A stretch of DNA of 64,000 bases, taken from Tubulanus polymorphus (Eukaryota > Animalia > Nemertea). The DNA lies in the NCBI RefSeq assembly GCF_964204645.1, contig NC_134031.1:6076001-6140000 (forward strand). The letters are read 5' to 3'. The notes beneath the pieces are model-generated. The model ran no database searches. It saw only the letters and a program-made list of their open reading frames with translations, and was not told where the DNA came from. The translations under genes were made by a program, and so were the position numbers. Position 1 is the stretch's first letter, and each line of letters begins with the position of its first letter. This document shows, piece after piece, positions 10,221 to 25,200 of this stretch.

Positions 10221-13200
10221 ATGGCGAGTGAAATCCGTCATCGTATCGGCTCAGCTGCTGAACAGGAAAGCTTCCCCGAAGAAAGCGTAGATCCTAGAGT
10301 AAGAAAAGTTTTAGATACGGCAGATTGATCTTATCGTTGTTAGCCCATATCAATAGATCAATATTTGTGTTTGTAATTAATAATTAGTTACGGAGTGCGA
10401 GTCTTATTTCCCAGACTGATTGCAGTCTGTGACCAAATCGCTTATTCGCATCCTACCTTTTTTACCACTTACTACAATGTCTATATACTTTCAAATGCAG
10501 TTGAACTCATTGGCTACAGTTGCTCCAAACAAAGCACAGGGGCTTGTCACAATTTGATGGAGGATGGATGATACCAGTACGGCAAGCCCCTGTGCTCAAA
10601 AGTTGTTAAATGGATTTAACCAGTTGACATGTAGCCTAGGCCTATGTGACAATTTTAGCTGCCACATTTTGCGGGACAGACTTAAGGAATTTCATCGTTT
10701 GTCCTGCTGTCCCGGGAAGCATTAAAATGTCACGGATTATTAAACAATTAGCTTTTGTCTTGGAAATTGTGATGGTTTTTATTAATTTCAATGGAAAGTT
10801 GGCTCTTTTTTGCTAGCAGTAGGCTATAGGCCTAAGTAATCACGTCGCGAGTGAATATAATAAGGCAAGTGTTCACTGTGGCGCAAGCAGTCAGTAGGCT
10901 ACTTCACTTTCCCGTGCATTGAGTTAGATTTTCTGTCCGTGAATTTTAAGAAACATTCATTCATGATGCAGCTCTCTTCACCTGGGCACAAGATAGGCCT
11001 AAGTGCTTGATTTTGATTTTTAAGTAAAAAAGCTGAATTGCTGAAATTTTTGGATGTCCCTGAAAATTTATGGCTGTCCCGAAAAATGGGGATCTCTGTC
11101 CCTCAAAACAATTTTCAGGTTGGCAGCTCTGATTATATTTAATTGATTTAATTTATTGTTACTTGAAGCTTATTTATCCGCCCGTGGTCTTTTTAACTAA
11201 CTTATGGGCACCTGGGCCCAGTTTCATGAAAAAGTTTAAGCCTAAAACGGTTAAGTTGAGTTTTCACTACTTATGTATAGTGGCTTCATCAGGTGAATGA
11301 GTTACGAAGCTTCTATACATTAGTAGCAAAAGCTCATGTGTCAACTATTTAAACTAGTTAACCTATATAGCCTAGTAGTACTCGTCTCATTTTATTCTAT
11401 ACCTGGTTAACACGGCTCCTCTACAAGTATCATTTGGGTACAATCTCGTTGACCCAGGCCTATGTACTGTTGGCTTTAATCAAATGTACCTTATACTTAT
11501 CTTTTTTCTGATTCTCGATTTTATTCTAGGAAATTTTGGCTCACGTTCGAAAGTTTGTATCGGGTGCGGGTTCGAATCAGAAGGGCCAACTGAAGAATAA
11601 TGAAGATCTCGCGAAGTCTGCCATATTTCTCTTGCAAACTCTACCATCGGCGAGATTCGCCGTGTTGGAACACCTGTGCAGCGTATTCGACCAAGCCGTC
11701 CAGGCCCACATTCTACGCATTAAAAGAGCGAACGCATTTCCGGGTAAGCAAACCCTGTTGGATAAACACTTAAGCCCTAAGTTGGACGGAAAGTTCATAC
11801 CTGTTTTTTTTTCTTCGCGTTTTCAAATGTTAATTTCTGTCCGATAATCGAAAACGTATTTTAGTCGTAGGCCTATGCTGGCTTGATGGAATGGTGATAA
11901 TTTATTTCCTCGCTTCGTCTATTTCAGATGTAGGCAGTAACGAAAGTCTCGATAGTATCATTCACGACGTACACAGGGTTTTACTGAAATTCATTAAATG
12001 TAACCCGGAAGCCTGGTCTCCTATCATATCGACGGTATGTACGATTTCGTCTCGTTTGTACGCATTCCAAATCGTTTTCGACGTGTATTTGGCCTGTATT
12101 GCCGTTCACGTGAAGCCAAAATACACGGATAATTGCGACTAATTCGCCACACAATTTTTCACTGACGTGCGGAAAGCTGTTGCTAGCAACAGATACGCAG
12201 CATGTGTATTGCCCACTGCACTGGGAAGAAGCATGTCAAATAAAAGTGGCCACCCTGATGATGCATCAAGGCAAGCGAACATTAGCACTAGCATTAATTT
12301 AGTACTCGGCAATGATTTGATATCATATCAAATCATTGAATTTAGAACGAATAGAGTTGAATTTAATAAGCTTAGTCATAGGCGCCTAGATGTATTTTGC
12401 TTGGAATGGGCTGATAAGTACTCTACTGGTACTGTTTTATGTGCCAATTAGGTTTTCGTCGTAAAAAATGACCCTCAAATTTGGTGATCATACCCTCATA
12501 AGCCCCTCAAATACTCCTCAAATTTCATATCGATGGTCCTGTAGGAACCATATTATGGCAAGTGAACATTGTGGCGCTAGTTGGATAACAAATGGCTCTT
12601 GGGCTAACTCCTAAGTGGACAACGATGCTGCAGAGTCATCCCGAGTATAGATTTACTTATAGATTCAGGAACGCAATGACCGGAACTGTTTGAAAACTTA
12701 CCTAGCCTCCGGGATCCAGTTCTGCAGTGCTTCGTTAGAATTAACTCTGAATAAGAATTAGTTCAGTTTCGACGCGTTCACTCCCGAGTCGAATCTTAAC
12801 TCACAACCGTGGAACTGGATCTAGGAACTGAGGATTTGGTCCTACTATAGAGTAGAACCTACAGGGCCCAGTTTCACAATAAAAAAGTCAAACTCAAATT
12901 TTTGGTGTAATTGCTATTGGTTACTTCATGTTTTCGATGAGGATAACAATTCAAACTAAACTGTTTTTGGCTTAAACTCAAATTTTTGGTATAATTGCTA
13001 TTGGTTACTTCATTTTTTCCATGACAACAACAATTCAAACTTACTGATTTAAGCTTAAACTTTTTCATGAAACTGACCCCAGATAGCGATATGCACTTCC
13101 ACTGTCCAACAAACATTATCCTAGTTTGGCCATTTTGAGGCTTACGTATGTGGTCAGTATATTGAAATTACGACTAACGATATTTTCAAAAATGTTTGTT

Positions 13201-16200
13201 ACAACGATTTCAGTGGTCTCTGAAGTTGCTGGGTATGATCAGCAGTAAGAATTCGAATCGAGCCGGTATCGTTGCTGCGCAGAAAAAAAATTTGTCCAAC
13301 CTAAACGAATCTTTGCAATTATGGATGACCTGTAAAGCGACGATGGCCCTCGTTGAAATATCGACAGAGTGTTTCGCATCGATGTAAGTAACGAGTTTTA
13401 ACCTATTACAGTATAATGTGCCTTGGTTGGGGAAAAATAACCCTAGCGGAAATTGTTTGAAATTTTTCAGTTATTGCCACAGTTTTTCATTATTTTTATC
13501 TACCGTGGTAGTTCGTTCTCATTTACGTTGAGAATTTATACCTGGGGTAAATTTGATGACCAGCCTTTGAAACAGGTCCCCAGTAACTTTTCTTAACCCT
13601 AGCGATAAAGTTCATCTTCGATACAAGTTTGAACGGACTGCTGTTAGTAAGAAATCAATGGCTAATCAATGGTACGCTTGTATTTTTACTTTTGATTTCA
13701 GGATCAGTAGCTCTCCAGATATTTGCGTCGACGCGTTGCTGGAAGCTTCGGTCGTTCATTCTCCGCATTTCGATTGGGTTGTCGCTCATATCGGGTAAGT
13801 CATCGATTCCGACCGAAATATTCCCTTTGAAATTAACTAAGACCGACGACGTTCAAATAAGAACCGGTTTCGAATTGTTCGAGTGTTTCCATTTATCCAG
13901 ATCGTGTTTTCCGACGACGATCATCACGAGAGTTTTGATGTGCGGTTTGAAAGATTTTTGCCACCACAACGGCAAAGATAAAGACTCGGCGTCGCAGGGG
14001 CGAAAACTTCAACCGAAAATGGCTACGGTCGTCGGCATCCTGGGTCACCTGGCCGCGCAACACGGGCAAGATATCAAGAAAGCTTTATTGAATCTTTTTG
14101 AGGTACGCGTCGAGTCTAAACCCTTTCAGTGCTGACTAATTAATACCCTATAGTGCTGGAGATAATTTGAAAATTTTAAGAAATTCCACCCTAGTGTGTT
14201 GAATAACGGGAATACCACTATAGTGCGTCTACACCGCGGCGCGGTGTATCATTAGTTACTAATATTTCACTGTTTGACAGGTGCTGCCATTTTTCAAGAG
14301 AGATAATTACTAATTACATCAATACACCGCAGTGCGGTGTACTAGCAAAATCTATCACTGATTTATACACCGCATTGCGGTGTAGACGCACTGAAAGGGT
14401 TAATGATTCGATTTATCGTTAATTCGACTCTTTCTTACTCGGTATCGGCCAACTTAGTAAATAGTTCTGAAGATGGTGAATTTAACTATACTGGGTCACT
14501 ATGACTCTTTGATTCCTTAAAAAAAAACTCTTCCGAACGGAAAATACTTTTAAGGTGCTTGAAATTCCTTTAATTTGAGCAAAATGTATGAAACTCCTTT
14601 AAAACTGCTAATTTGAGAAATAGGTAGTTAAAAATTTTTGGCGAGTTTGTAGTTGTACCATAACCATGCCTAAATCAATACAGTTGGGACTTTTGTTACC
14701 TTATTAGGCATTTACCGACTTAGAAACCGAGTTTAGGTAGTTTTAAGGATTAAACATCCAAACTATCAGTAACCGGATAAGCAGTGCTGATTTAGGAGGA
14801 GTCTACAGTAATTGAGATAAGAAAGTGACTCCTTATAGGAATCACTGATCTCTAGGGACCCCGCATATACACGCTAAAAACCTATAAACCCTTTCAGTGC
14901 TGGCTAATTAATACCCTATAGTGCTGAAGATAATTTGAAAATTCTGAAAAATTCTACCCTAGTGTGTTGAATATCAGGAATAGCACTATAGTGCATCTAC
15001 ACCCTGGCGCGGTATATCGTTAATTACTAAGTTTTCACTATGTTTGACAGGTGCTGCCATCTTTCAAGAGAGATAATTAGTAATTACTAATTAAATCAAT
15101 ACACCGCAGTGCGATGTACTAGCAAAATCCATCACCCATTCATACACCGTACTGCGGTGTAGACGCACTGAAAGGGTTAATAGGCTAAATGCTGTTATCC
15201 AAAAATGTAATACGTTATTCCTCCAGGAAAGTTTGAAGTCTGATGACGATGTAATGCATCTGTCGACGATCCCGTTTCTGCTACAATTGGCATCTATGTC
15301 TGCAATATTACTGAAAGTCATCACCAACGAATTTGTTCACACACGTAAGTAAAAAAAAAGACGACGAAAATCGTTATATCATCAGTTAGTACAGAACAAC
15401 TAAATCTATAAAGATCTCGAGTTCATCAGAGAATTGCTGATCTAAAACTTTGAAGTTTCGATTGAAAGAAAAAGAATTCACAGGGTAGTTTCGATTTTCA
15501 GTCACACCTGATGTACTGAATCAACTAGGAGCGAGATTCGCGCAAACTCAAAATACAGTTTTACAGGATAAAACGAGGTAAGTTTTTGTGCCCGAAGGCT
15601 GCCGTAAATCCTTGATTTCTCAAGAACTTTTTCTAAATGGAAAATGCCTTAAAAGGTGCTTGAAACACCTTTAATTTGGGAAAAATACCCAGAACACCTT
15701 TGAAGCTCGTTCAATTTTGGGGAATAGGCTATTAGAAATGTTTGCAGTTGTACACAGTAGACTACGCCTAAATCGGATCGGTGCAGTTGGAACCAAGATT
15801 TGTTAACACCATTGCGGTTACCGAATTAGAAACTGAGTCTAGTAGTGTTAAGAATAAAAGTTAGCTTACAAAACCACCGCACGAATGGTTTACCGAGATA
15901 AACAGTGCCGATTTAGGAGGAGTCTACTTTAATTGGGATATAAAAGTGATGCAGCTGCACTTCCTTGAAATTTGAAATCAAGACTCTTCGAAAACTCCTC
16001 ATATCCAGGAATGACCCTAGATACCATTTAAGAACTCGATTAAATTTTCAGCTTGTTGGATCTAGCCGTGCAGCTCGTTATAAAGACGGATGTCGGCGCC
16101 TTGAAAGTCATTCAGTTCCTATTGAAAACGGCTGCTCCTGAACCAGGTTTGTGTCTCGAATAAAACTGAGTTGTTATTTCAGGAACAGTGACCGATCGTT

Positions 16201-19200
16201 TGTTTTGCCAGAAGCGGATCTAGAGGCTAATTTTGAATTACCGGTACTTGCTACATCCCGAAAGGGCACTTTGTTGTCCAAAAAGGGGAATATGAGGTGC
16301 AACCCCGCACTGCGGAGCTAATTTTGAAGAACAAGTCAATTCCCAAAAGGGCACTTAGATTTCCAAAAAGGCAATATTAAGTCGTACTCCTGCACTGAAA
16401 TGCACCAATAAACCATTTTACAGTTGCTAGCCGCCATTTTGTTAGGGTACTTTTGTCCTTATTGACAAAATGAAAAAGGGCACTGAAAAAATTTTGATTG
16501 ACTTGTACGAGTCTCACTAGTTCCTCTAGATCCGCCCCTGTATGCGATACTCTTATTCAATTAACGTAACGAAATTTCTCGCAGATTCCGTGTATAAGAT
16601 CAACGATACAGTTCGACGAACGTGCGCGACCATCTTGGACTCGGTTACGATGAAGGTATACGGTATGACCCAGCGAGGTACGGCGGATTGCGACATCCCG
16701 CTTCTCTACGGTGTCGAAAGTCACACGTTAGATTTGTGTCAGAATTTACTGGATGGGTCGGATCTAAGGTTAGTGCTTTAACCGTTACTAGATTATGGGG
16801 CTGAACGATCGCCCTTTCTGGATTTTCTGAAGTTACTTTATGCAGGGCTTGAATTTAGGCCAAACAGACTCGCAGCCATCCTTCCCTCAGCAGGGATTCG
16901 AACCTGATGGCATCGCTATGCTCAGCCACGGCACAAACCCCTGCCACAGTAGACCGGGTGCACAGGTACATGCGCAGCTTCATGGAAAAACTATAAATGG
17001 GAAAACCTGGGTGAAAATGTAACGGGATATCTGATTGGCTAATAATGACATCATCTAAGCTGCGCGTGTAGCTGCGTGCTCAACCTAGTGTGGCAGGGTT
17101 TCGTACAGTGGTAATCTCGATGCCATCAGGTGCGAATCGCTGCCGGTGGAGGATTACTATTAGCAATACTTAAACCATCATAGATTGCTGCGGTTGCCGT
17201 AGCTGACTACCAAATCCATCGCACAATTCACCATCGCTAGATTTTTTGCCTTGTCATTGAAAGTGCTTTCTCTAATCAACCACAATCATATCACTTTGAT
17301 GATAACTTAGGAGAAATAAATTTCATGATTATTCAACCAATTTATGAATTCATTCATTAACCGCTGCTGGCAATAGATTCATAAATTGAATTGATTTCGT
17401 TAGATTCATAGATGGAAAAAAGTTTTTCTTGTTGGAAAAATCTCAACAGGTTTTTAAGTTATGGTCGTATATTTTAGGAGTAAATGGTTGACGCATTTAT
17501 TGGTGAGTTTGGCAGCTTATTGTGGTGAAAGCTGTGCTGCTGCTATTCTCGCGTACGGATACACGCACTCCGTGTGCAAAACTAAGGTACGGTAGACTCC
17601 ATGCAGTTCATATCTTTGGGACTGTTTTGAGTTGGTGGTTATATAATACATATATAGATAACGAGACAAGTAGTACTATATAGGTTGTTGCCATCTTTCG
17701 TTAAGAGATAAAGATGTTTACGAATTATATCAATACACCGCACTGCGGTGTACTAGCAAAGATCATCACCAATTAATACTTCGCACTGCGGTGTAGACGT
17801 ACTGAAAGGGTAAACTACCGACTACATTAGATATTCAACGAGGGTTTATAATTCATTTCAGCTGGGATTATTCGTAAAACTACAGAAAGAAATGGAAACG
17901 CGTTGCGCGCATGTGTTAACGACTGCTATCGGTTACTGTATGGAGACGATCGGCAAAGGTGAAATTACCGTTTATCAAAAGCTTGAGATAAAAAAACCGA
18001 TCAAACGTAAACGCGTGGACACTGTGCGTTTATTGATGAATCTATTGACGCTCGCTCGCGAAGAAAAAAGACACAAGTGTCCGGAGAGGTGAGATATAAA
18101 TCTGAATGAATATGTATATATACAAATGTACATATAAATGAACAGGGAGAACCTGGAAAACTCAAAAGAGAATACGTAAAATCTATTTAAAAACAGGGAA
18201 TTTGACCAAAATCGTGGATGACTCGGGGCATTTGGATATTGTTGACTGCTTGTTTCTTTATCAATGAAAAATTAAATGACTTATAACATTTTAAACCTAG
18301 AAATTTCTCTGATTCACTCGGGGAATTTTGTGTAATCATATGGAAAAATCAGGATATGTAAATGGGGGGAAAGTGGCCACCCCAATTAATCTGTGGCATT
18401 GCAATTAAGTTTTATTCTCTGTGGCTAGAAAAATAAGAATATGTTCACAAAATATAAATTTCATTCAATTTTGAATTACATGCTATATGCCTACAGGGAG
18501 TTGGCACTTTACAGATCACATTGTTCATCACTACACATTTGATAGAACTCGTGAAGAAAACACTTGTAAATGGTATTGATACATAATCGCCACTAATTTA
18601 CTTTGAATGGACATCTAAAAAAGAAAAAGTGTAACTTGAACCGCGATCACACTAGTGTTTTTGGCCCAGGTCAAATTTGGCCAGACCAAAAACGTCGGAC
18701 CAGGCCTGGCTCGAATTTTTAGCACGGGACAAATGATTGCGTTTGAATTGCAACTGGTTCTGAGCATTGTTTAGTATAGAGTGAGTGGTTTACGTATGAA
18801 CGCGCTCTCTAATTAGAGCCTGATCTGTGCCAATTTGGCACGGGCCAAATCTTCCTTGTGTGATCGTGGCTTTGGGGTATGGAAAGTTCGTAATCCGGGA
18901 ATGGAATGGAAAGGAAATAGGTTAGCCCATAAGAACCCTGTTATTGATATTGATAGTAAATTATATTTACTACCGGCATGTATTCATCCTGTGTTGTTTC
19001 ATGTATTTGCAGAGCAAATTTACAGAAGATTCTACAAAAGCATCTATTGACCCTGGCCTCTTTATTAACTAGTCAACGCACGGTGACAGCGATTGTAACG
19101 ATACAGATACTAGATGTAATCGGTTTACCGGATGCTTGCGACATGTCGCAATTGATAGAACTGTGCGGAGCTGTCGTGACATTTTTCTTTCAAATTCTCG

Positions 19201-22200
19201 CCTTAAAAGGTAAAGTGCTCGTAAACCCTGGCCAGTTTAAACTTAAACCTCAGGATTACGTAAGATTAGCAAAAAATCTGTTTCTTGTTTCGAGGTTATT
19301 GTCGGCTCATTTTCAAACGGGGGTGGCTGCTTCACTGGAAATCGGGGAAAAGACAGCGAATTTTCTTTGCTTTGAAAAGTCTGGGAAGTTTGTTTGTTCC
19401 TTAACTGTGTTGATTTATCGGACTATTAACCTGAGTCAGTAAGGGAAAACGATGTATATGTCAAGAGGGACATTCCAGGGAAGAAGCAAATCATAGAATA
19501 GGCCACCCTGCCAAATGGCAGTATTTACAATGGTGGATCTAGGATTCTTGAATGAGGTTGACCTGAAAATTTGAATGGGCACTTCAATTCGAAAATGGCA
19601 GATTTGGCAATGCGTGGGCTGCATGCTCGAAACGTTGGTGGTGGTTTTGGTGGCCCTCCCACGGAAAATTTAGGACCATGGGGCATTTTCGTTCTGGCTC
19701 TTAACAGGGCCCATTTGGATTTATTTTCGTCTTTTGAAAATTTAGTATGCAAAAGAAATTTTTCCAGACTACGGAGGGCACATTCGAATTGAAGGGGGGT
19801 CGACTATTCCACCTGGTCCACCTCCTAAATGCGCCCTTGATTTAACCGCGCGTGAATGGAGTTTATTTGAAATTGTCATTCGAATTTAGATTTCAGTCAG
19901 AAGAGTAAAGCAGCCGCTCAGTGTAATCAGTATTTACAGAAACTCAGCCGTCTGTCACCGGCTATGAACGTTATATTGCGCTTCTTAATGGACGGCGTAT
20001 TCATGCAGGTACTGTACAATGTATTTGAAAACATGTCTGCTCATATTTGCTTGGTTAAAAAAGTGTGAATTTATTTTTGCTTCACTCATAAGTCTTAAAC
20101 CCTTTGTGCTGACTAGGATCTGCCGTAATCGTGTGTCCTGAATTTCTCTAAAGTTGTGCGAATAAATGAGCAAAGCCCACAGTTGATGATGTATCTATTT
20201 GTTTTCTGACAGTCTTGAAGTCTTGACTAACTAAACTGTGATTTAACTATTTGTTTTCCGACATATTCAAAATTTTGACTGAACTTCATCTTCTGAGCAA
20301 CGAAAATAAAATGACATATATATTAAGATGGTGTGTGTGTGTGTGTGTGCGTGCGTGCGCGCGTGTGTGAGAAACCTGTATTAGAATTGACAATATTAGG
20401 ATTCTTGGAAACTGTCAGCAAAAGAATGGTTAAATTATCAACTGTAGGATCATTCATTTATTATGTACGCATTAGGGGAGGGGTCAGTGCAATTGGGTAC
20501 TGTAATACTTTGTGTATGAGAAAATGGCCGATTTTGCGTACAGAGGGGGGTTGAAAAATTCAAATTTTACGCGTACGTAATAAATGAATGATCCCTGTGG
20601 GTTCGCTTATTAAACACGGATTACTGAGATCAATATCAGTGTACTGGTCTTGTATGAGTAAGATAAACCGGTATACGGTAAACACTGACATGATTCGATT
20701 ATGATTTTGAAAACGTTTTTCAGGAAAATTCGCGGCTGTTCGGAGCCAAGGTTTACGCCACCGACAAGGCCGCGGATGATACGCAATATCGATTGGCCAG
20801 CGAGAACCAGAACTTAGCTTCATCGGTGACCATTCCTCAATCGCACAGTTCAGTATTCCATGCCGGCGTCATCGGACACGGGTTAAAACGTCCGCCAAGA
20901 TCGTCCATCGTAACCAAGGTTGGTATCTACCCCCGGTACAAGGTGGTGAGATTGCTCGGTGAAAACTGGTGCAATTGAAATATCAGTCATAGCATGCGCA
21001 ATTGCGATTTCAGTCATTCGGCCCAGAACAACCATTCACACAGGTGCAAAATGGCCAAAACGTCGGACCAGACTAGAGCCAAATTTTGGCACTGGTCAAA
21101 TTATTTAGCGTTTTATTTGCTACCGGTTCCGGAATTGATTGACTTCACTTTGTCATGACATTGTTTAGTATCAAGTGGGTGGTCTGCGTGTAAACATGCG
21201 CTCTAAGTACGCCTGATGATGGCTAATAGTGTTTACCCGAAACGTAGCTCAAAATATAAACTCTTCTATTCAAAAATTTTTCATCTTGGACTGAATGGTG
21301 GTGGGATTTCTCTCATCATGCTTTCTGAAGTAGGCATTGCCCAAATTTGACTCGGGATCCGGGCGAAATCATCCCTGCGTGAGATAATATCCTACTCCGG
21401 TCCAAGTTCCACAGTTCTGTGTTAAGATTTCAAATCAAAAAGTTAATGAGTCAAATCATTTGACTCATTAACTAATTGAAAATGAACTAATCTTAATTCG
21501 AAGTTAACTCTAACTCACAACTGTGGAACTGGAGCCTGGAGAATTTGTTTTCATTAACTTCACGGGTGCCATGTTATGTATTTGATTGTAGGATCAACAA
21601 GTGTTCAATCGGCAGCTATTGGTCAGAGCGATGTTAACGGCCGGCAGTAAAAACGACCGCAAACCGGCTTTGAATACGTCGATGACGGAAACTGACGAGG
21701 TCGACGGTAAACCGGCATCGACGTGTGGGCAGACGCTTTCGGCTCCCGCTGCGCACGTGCTTGCCAGCGCTTTGGTTCAACAAGTCACGTCAGACGTGCT
21801 GTATAACGATATAGTGTGGCCTGCTCCCGATTTACAGCTCATGAAGCAAACGGTAGAAAGGTAAGATGAGAAGAATCTTCGTTTTCTTTAAAACTCGCCT
21901 TACCAGGGTGACCACTGACCTCGAAAACTACGGAAATTTAGAAAATTCTAGAAAAAAATCAGGGAGACTCTTGGAATTTGACAGATTATGCGATAGAAAG
22001 CCTGGATAAACTCAAGGGAATCCGGATATATTTTTGACCGCATGTTTCTTTATCAGTATGTGATTCGATGAAAAATGATTGAATTCTAAAATTTTTAAAC
22101 CGAGAAATTTCTCAGATTCACTCACTCAGAGGTAATTTTGTGAAATCACTTGAAAAAATCAGGGAAAGTGGCCATCCTCTTTATGCCTCAGTGAACAACT

Positions 22201-25200
22201 TGTCTGTCCATTCGTCTGGATAGATTTTAGGTATTACAAGTACTTGGTATCAGTGTCCAAAATGAACAAGTGGTATCAGTGTCCAAAGTTCAAACAACTG
22301 TAGTTCATTTTGACAGAAACTATTAACCTTTCAGTGCGTCTACACCACAGTGCGGTGTATAAATCGGTGATGAATTTTGCTAGTACACCGCACTGCGGTG
22401 TACTGCGGTGTATTGATGTAATTAGTAATTAGTAATTATCCCTCTTGAAAAATGGCAGCATCTGTCAAACATAGTGAAATATTAGTAACTAACGATACAC
22501 CGCGCCACGGTGTAGACGCACTAAAGTGATATTCCCGTTATTCAACACACTACAGTGGAATTTTTCAAAATTTTAAATTATCTTCAGCACTATAGGGTAT
22601 CATTAAGTCAGCACTGAAAGGGTTAAGAAACTTATTTAGAATTTGTAGTAAGCTTTTTACTAATATTAACTTCGTCATAAAAGGAATGATTAAATTGAAT
22701 GATCAGCAAGACCGGTAACCAAAAGGTTTATCCGGGTTAATTTGGAACCCATGAAATCTGTGTGGTCATGAGAAATCCAGGTTTAGAATATTCATACACA
22801 TATGTACCTGTAGAGAGTAGATTTTGAAGAATTACCCACATTAAATGGCTTTAACTAACAGGTTTTAGAATTATTGATTTCTCGTTTTTGCAACAGGGAT
22901 TTACAGATCAAAAAGAGATTCGAGGATCATCCGGTACTATGGGATATACTAGACCTTGTGTCTACGTGTAAGTTGTGTTGTCTCAAAAATCTCTTGATCT
23001 AAGAAAAAGTGTTTGTACCCATAAATGGCGGCTATAGAAGGAGTGAGCTGGTTACCCTGTCCCTTGTCGACCTAGCGTGTTGGGGATAGTCGCCTGGTAA
23101 CTGCTTGCAGTTTGGCTTTCCTACAGTGGCCATGGCACTAGGCATAAACGGTTTGGTTTTATCAGTCAAAATCTAGTCAAAATCAAAGATGAGTAATACA
23201 AGCCTTCAGCATCCCTTGTGAATCTTCTGTTATGTTACTGATACTGAAAAACTAAAATTAAGTCCGCAAAATGTTTCCTAGAGCTAGTAGTTGATTCGAC
23301 GTTTTGACTATATTTTATTAGTCATATTCAGAAATACTGAGTTACAACAGAAATTATGAAATTTATATACAATGAGGAACCAAGAACTTAATCGAGTAAT
23401 CAGAAATGATACCAAACTGGCATGCCCACTGTCCTTTCCCCTTTTTGCAAAACATCCACTGCTGCATTTATCTAATTTATATATATATATATATATTAGA
23501 AACTAAGGGAAAAAGCTAAACAGATTAAGAATACGGTAATAAAGTCTGCTAATCCAGTTTTCATATAAGCTTATTACATGATTCTCTCGGTATCGTTTTC
23601 AGCGAAAAGTGGTCTGGTTATATGTTCGTGCATTTTACGTTCCCTGACGGCGACATTGATTCAGTACTGGGACGCTTCGAGGGGAAATTCAACGCGGAAC
23701 GCGCCGTGGTATCTGGACGCTTCGTGCAAAGTTATCGAAGCCCTTAAAAAGGTACTTGACCGAGAGCATGTCTTTAACCCTTTCACTCCTAGATAATTGT
23801 GCACACTCTGTACCAGATGGCATTAGCTTATTTTTGATGATGCATGTATGTGGTGACGCCTATACAGCTGGAAAGGAACTAGAGATAAAGCAGACGGTCT
23901 TCTGCTAACCAATAAACACCTATGTACCGCGTAGTAGTGTGCTGTACTGTACTAGCACCCTGTTGCAGGTCATATACAGTTGACCGAAATATCGGTCGTA
24001 ATCGTGAACAATAGGCAAAATAAGCGACCAAAATTTCAGTCGCTAATGTTAGCTAGAGGGTTCCAGTTATTTTGGGAAGATTTGAAGACGCTTCAATGTA
24101 ATGTCTTGATATTTGGGTTACACATGTATCTACCCTAGACACATCTTCAGCCCAAAAACTGGCCCTGTCAGAATCAAGATGGCCGACTGGCAACCGTTGT
24201 TGTTCGCCAAAATCAGCACTTTTTTCACTTTTTGAGGGAAATTTTGAAGACGCTTCGATCAATTACCTTGATCTTTCGGATGTATGTGAATTCCCCAGGG
24301 CCCATCAGCATAACAAAAATTGGGTTGATCGGACTCAAGATGACAGTCCTATGACCTTTTTTAGTGCCCAAAAATGTGTCCTGTAGCTTCCTACTGGTTT
24401 GCCATTTCTCATTGCAATTTGTGATGAGTATTCTTTGAAAAGGGATGTTTTATACCTGAGACAGGTATTTTTCATCAGCCAATTATGACGCAATTGGCGG
24501 CCATCTTGGTGTCATCAGTACTCATTCGTAGGTGGGAAAAAGTTTTTCCACATTATATTGATACCTAAGCGTATTTTGTTACCATAATCAATTAGAAACT
24601 TGTAGCTCATAACGTGTTCTATGATTGTGGTGAGTTTCAAGGACATTTCAAGGTCATTGGTTTTTGTATATGGCCACCAGGGGGCGTTGAATAATACAAT
24701 ATCTTAGTATTTCTATATTATATTCGTATCAATGCATATTTTGTAACCACAATCAATTACAAAGTTGTAGCTCATGACATCATCTATGATTGTGGCAAGT
24801 TTAAAGGCCATTAGTTATTCTATTTGGTCACCAGGGGGCGTTGAATAGTAGAATTACTTAGTATTTCCTTATTATATTGGTACCTAGGCATATTTTGTTA
24901 CCTTGATCAAAGATATAGTTCGTGACATGTTCGATGATTGTGGTCAGTTTCAAGGTCATTGGGTTTTGAATATGGTCACCAGGGGGCGTTGAATAGTAGA
25001 ATAACTTAGTATTTCCATATTAAATTGGTAACGAGGCATATTTTGTTATCACAATTGAATACAAAATCGTAGCTGCTGACATGTTCTATGATTGTGGTGA
25101 GTTTCAAGGTCATTGGTTTTTGCATATGGTCACCAGAAGGCGTTGAATATTGAAATTGTTAGATTGTTGAGCATTTGGAACCACTTCCCAAGTGGGCATG

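Noticed and set aside
16880-16930. tRNA gene suggested by GGTTCGAATCC
   Set aside because: No cloverleaf; part of a multi-copy SINE-like repeat.
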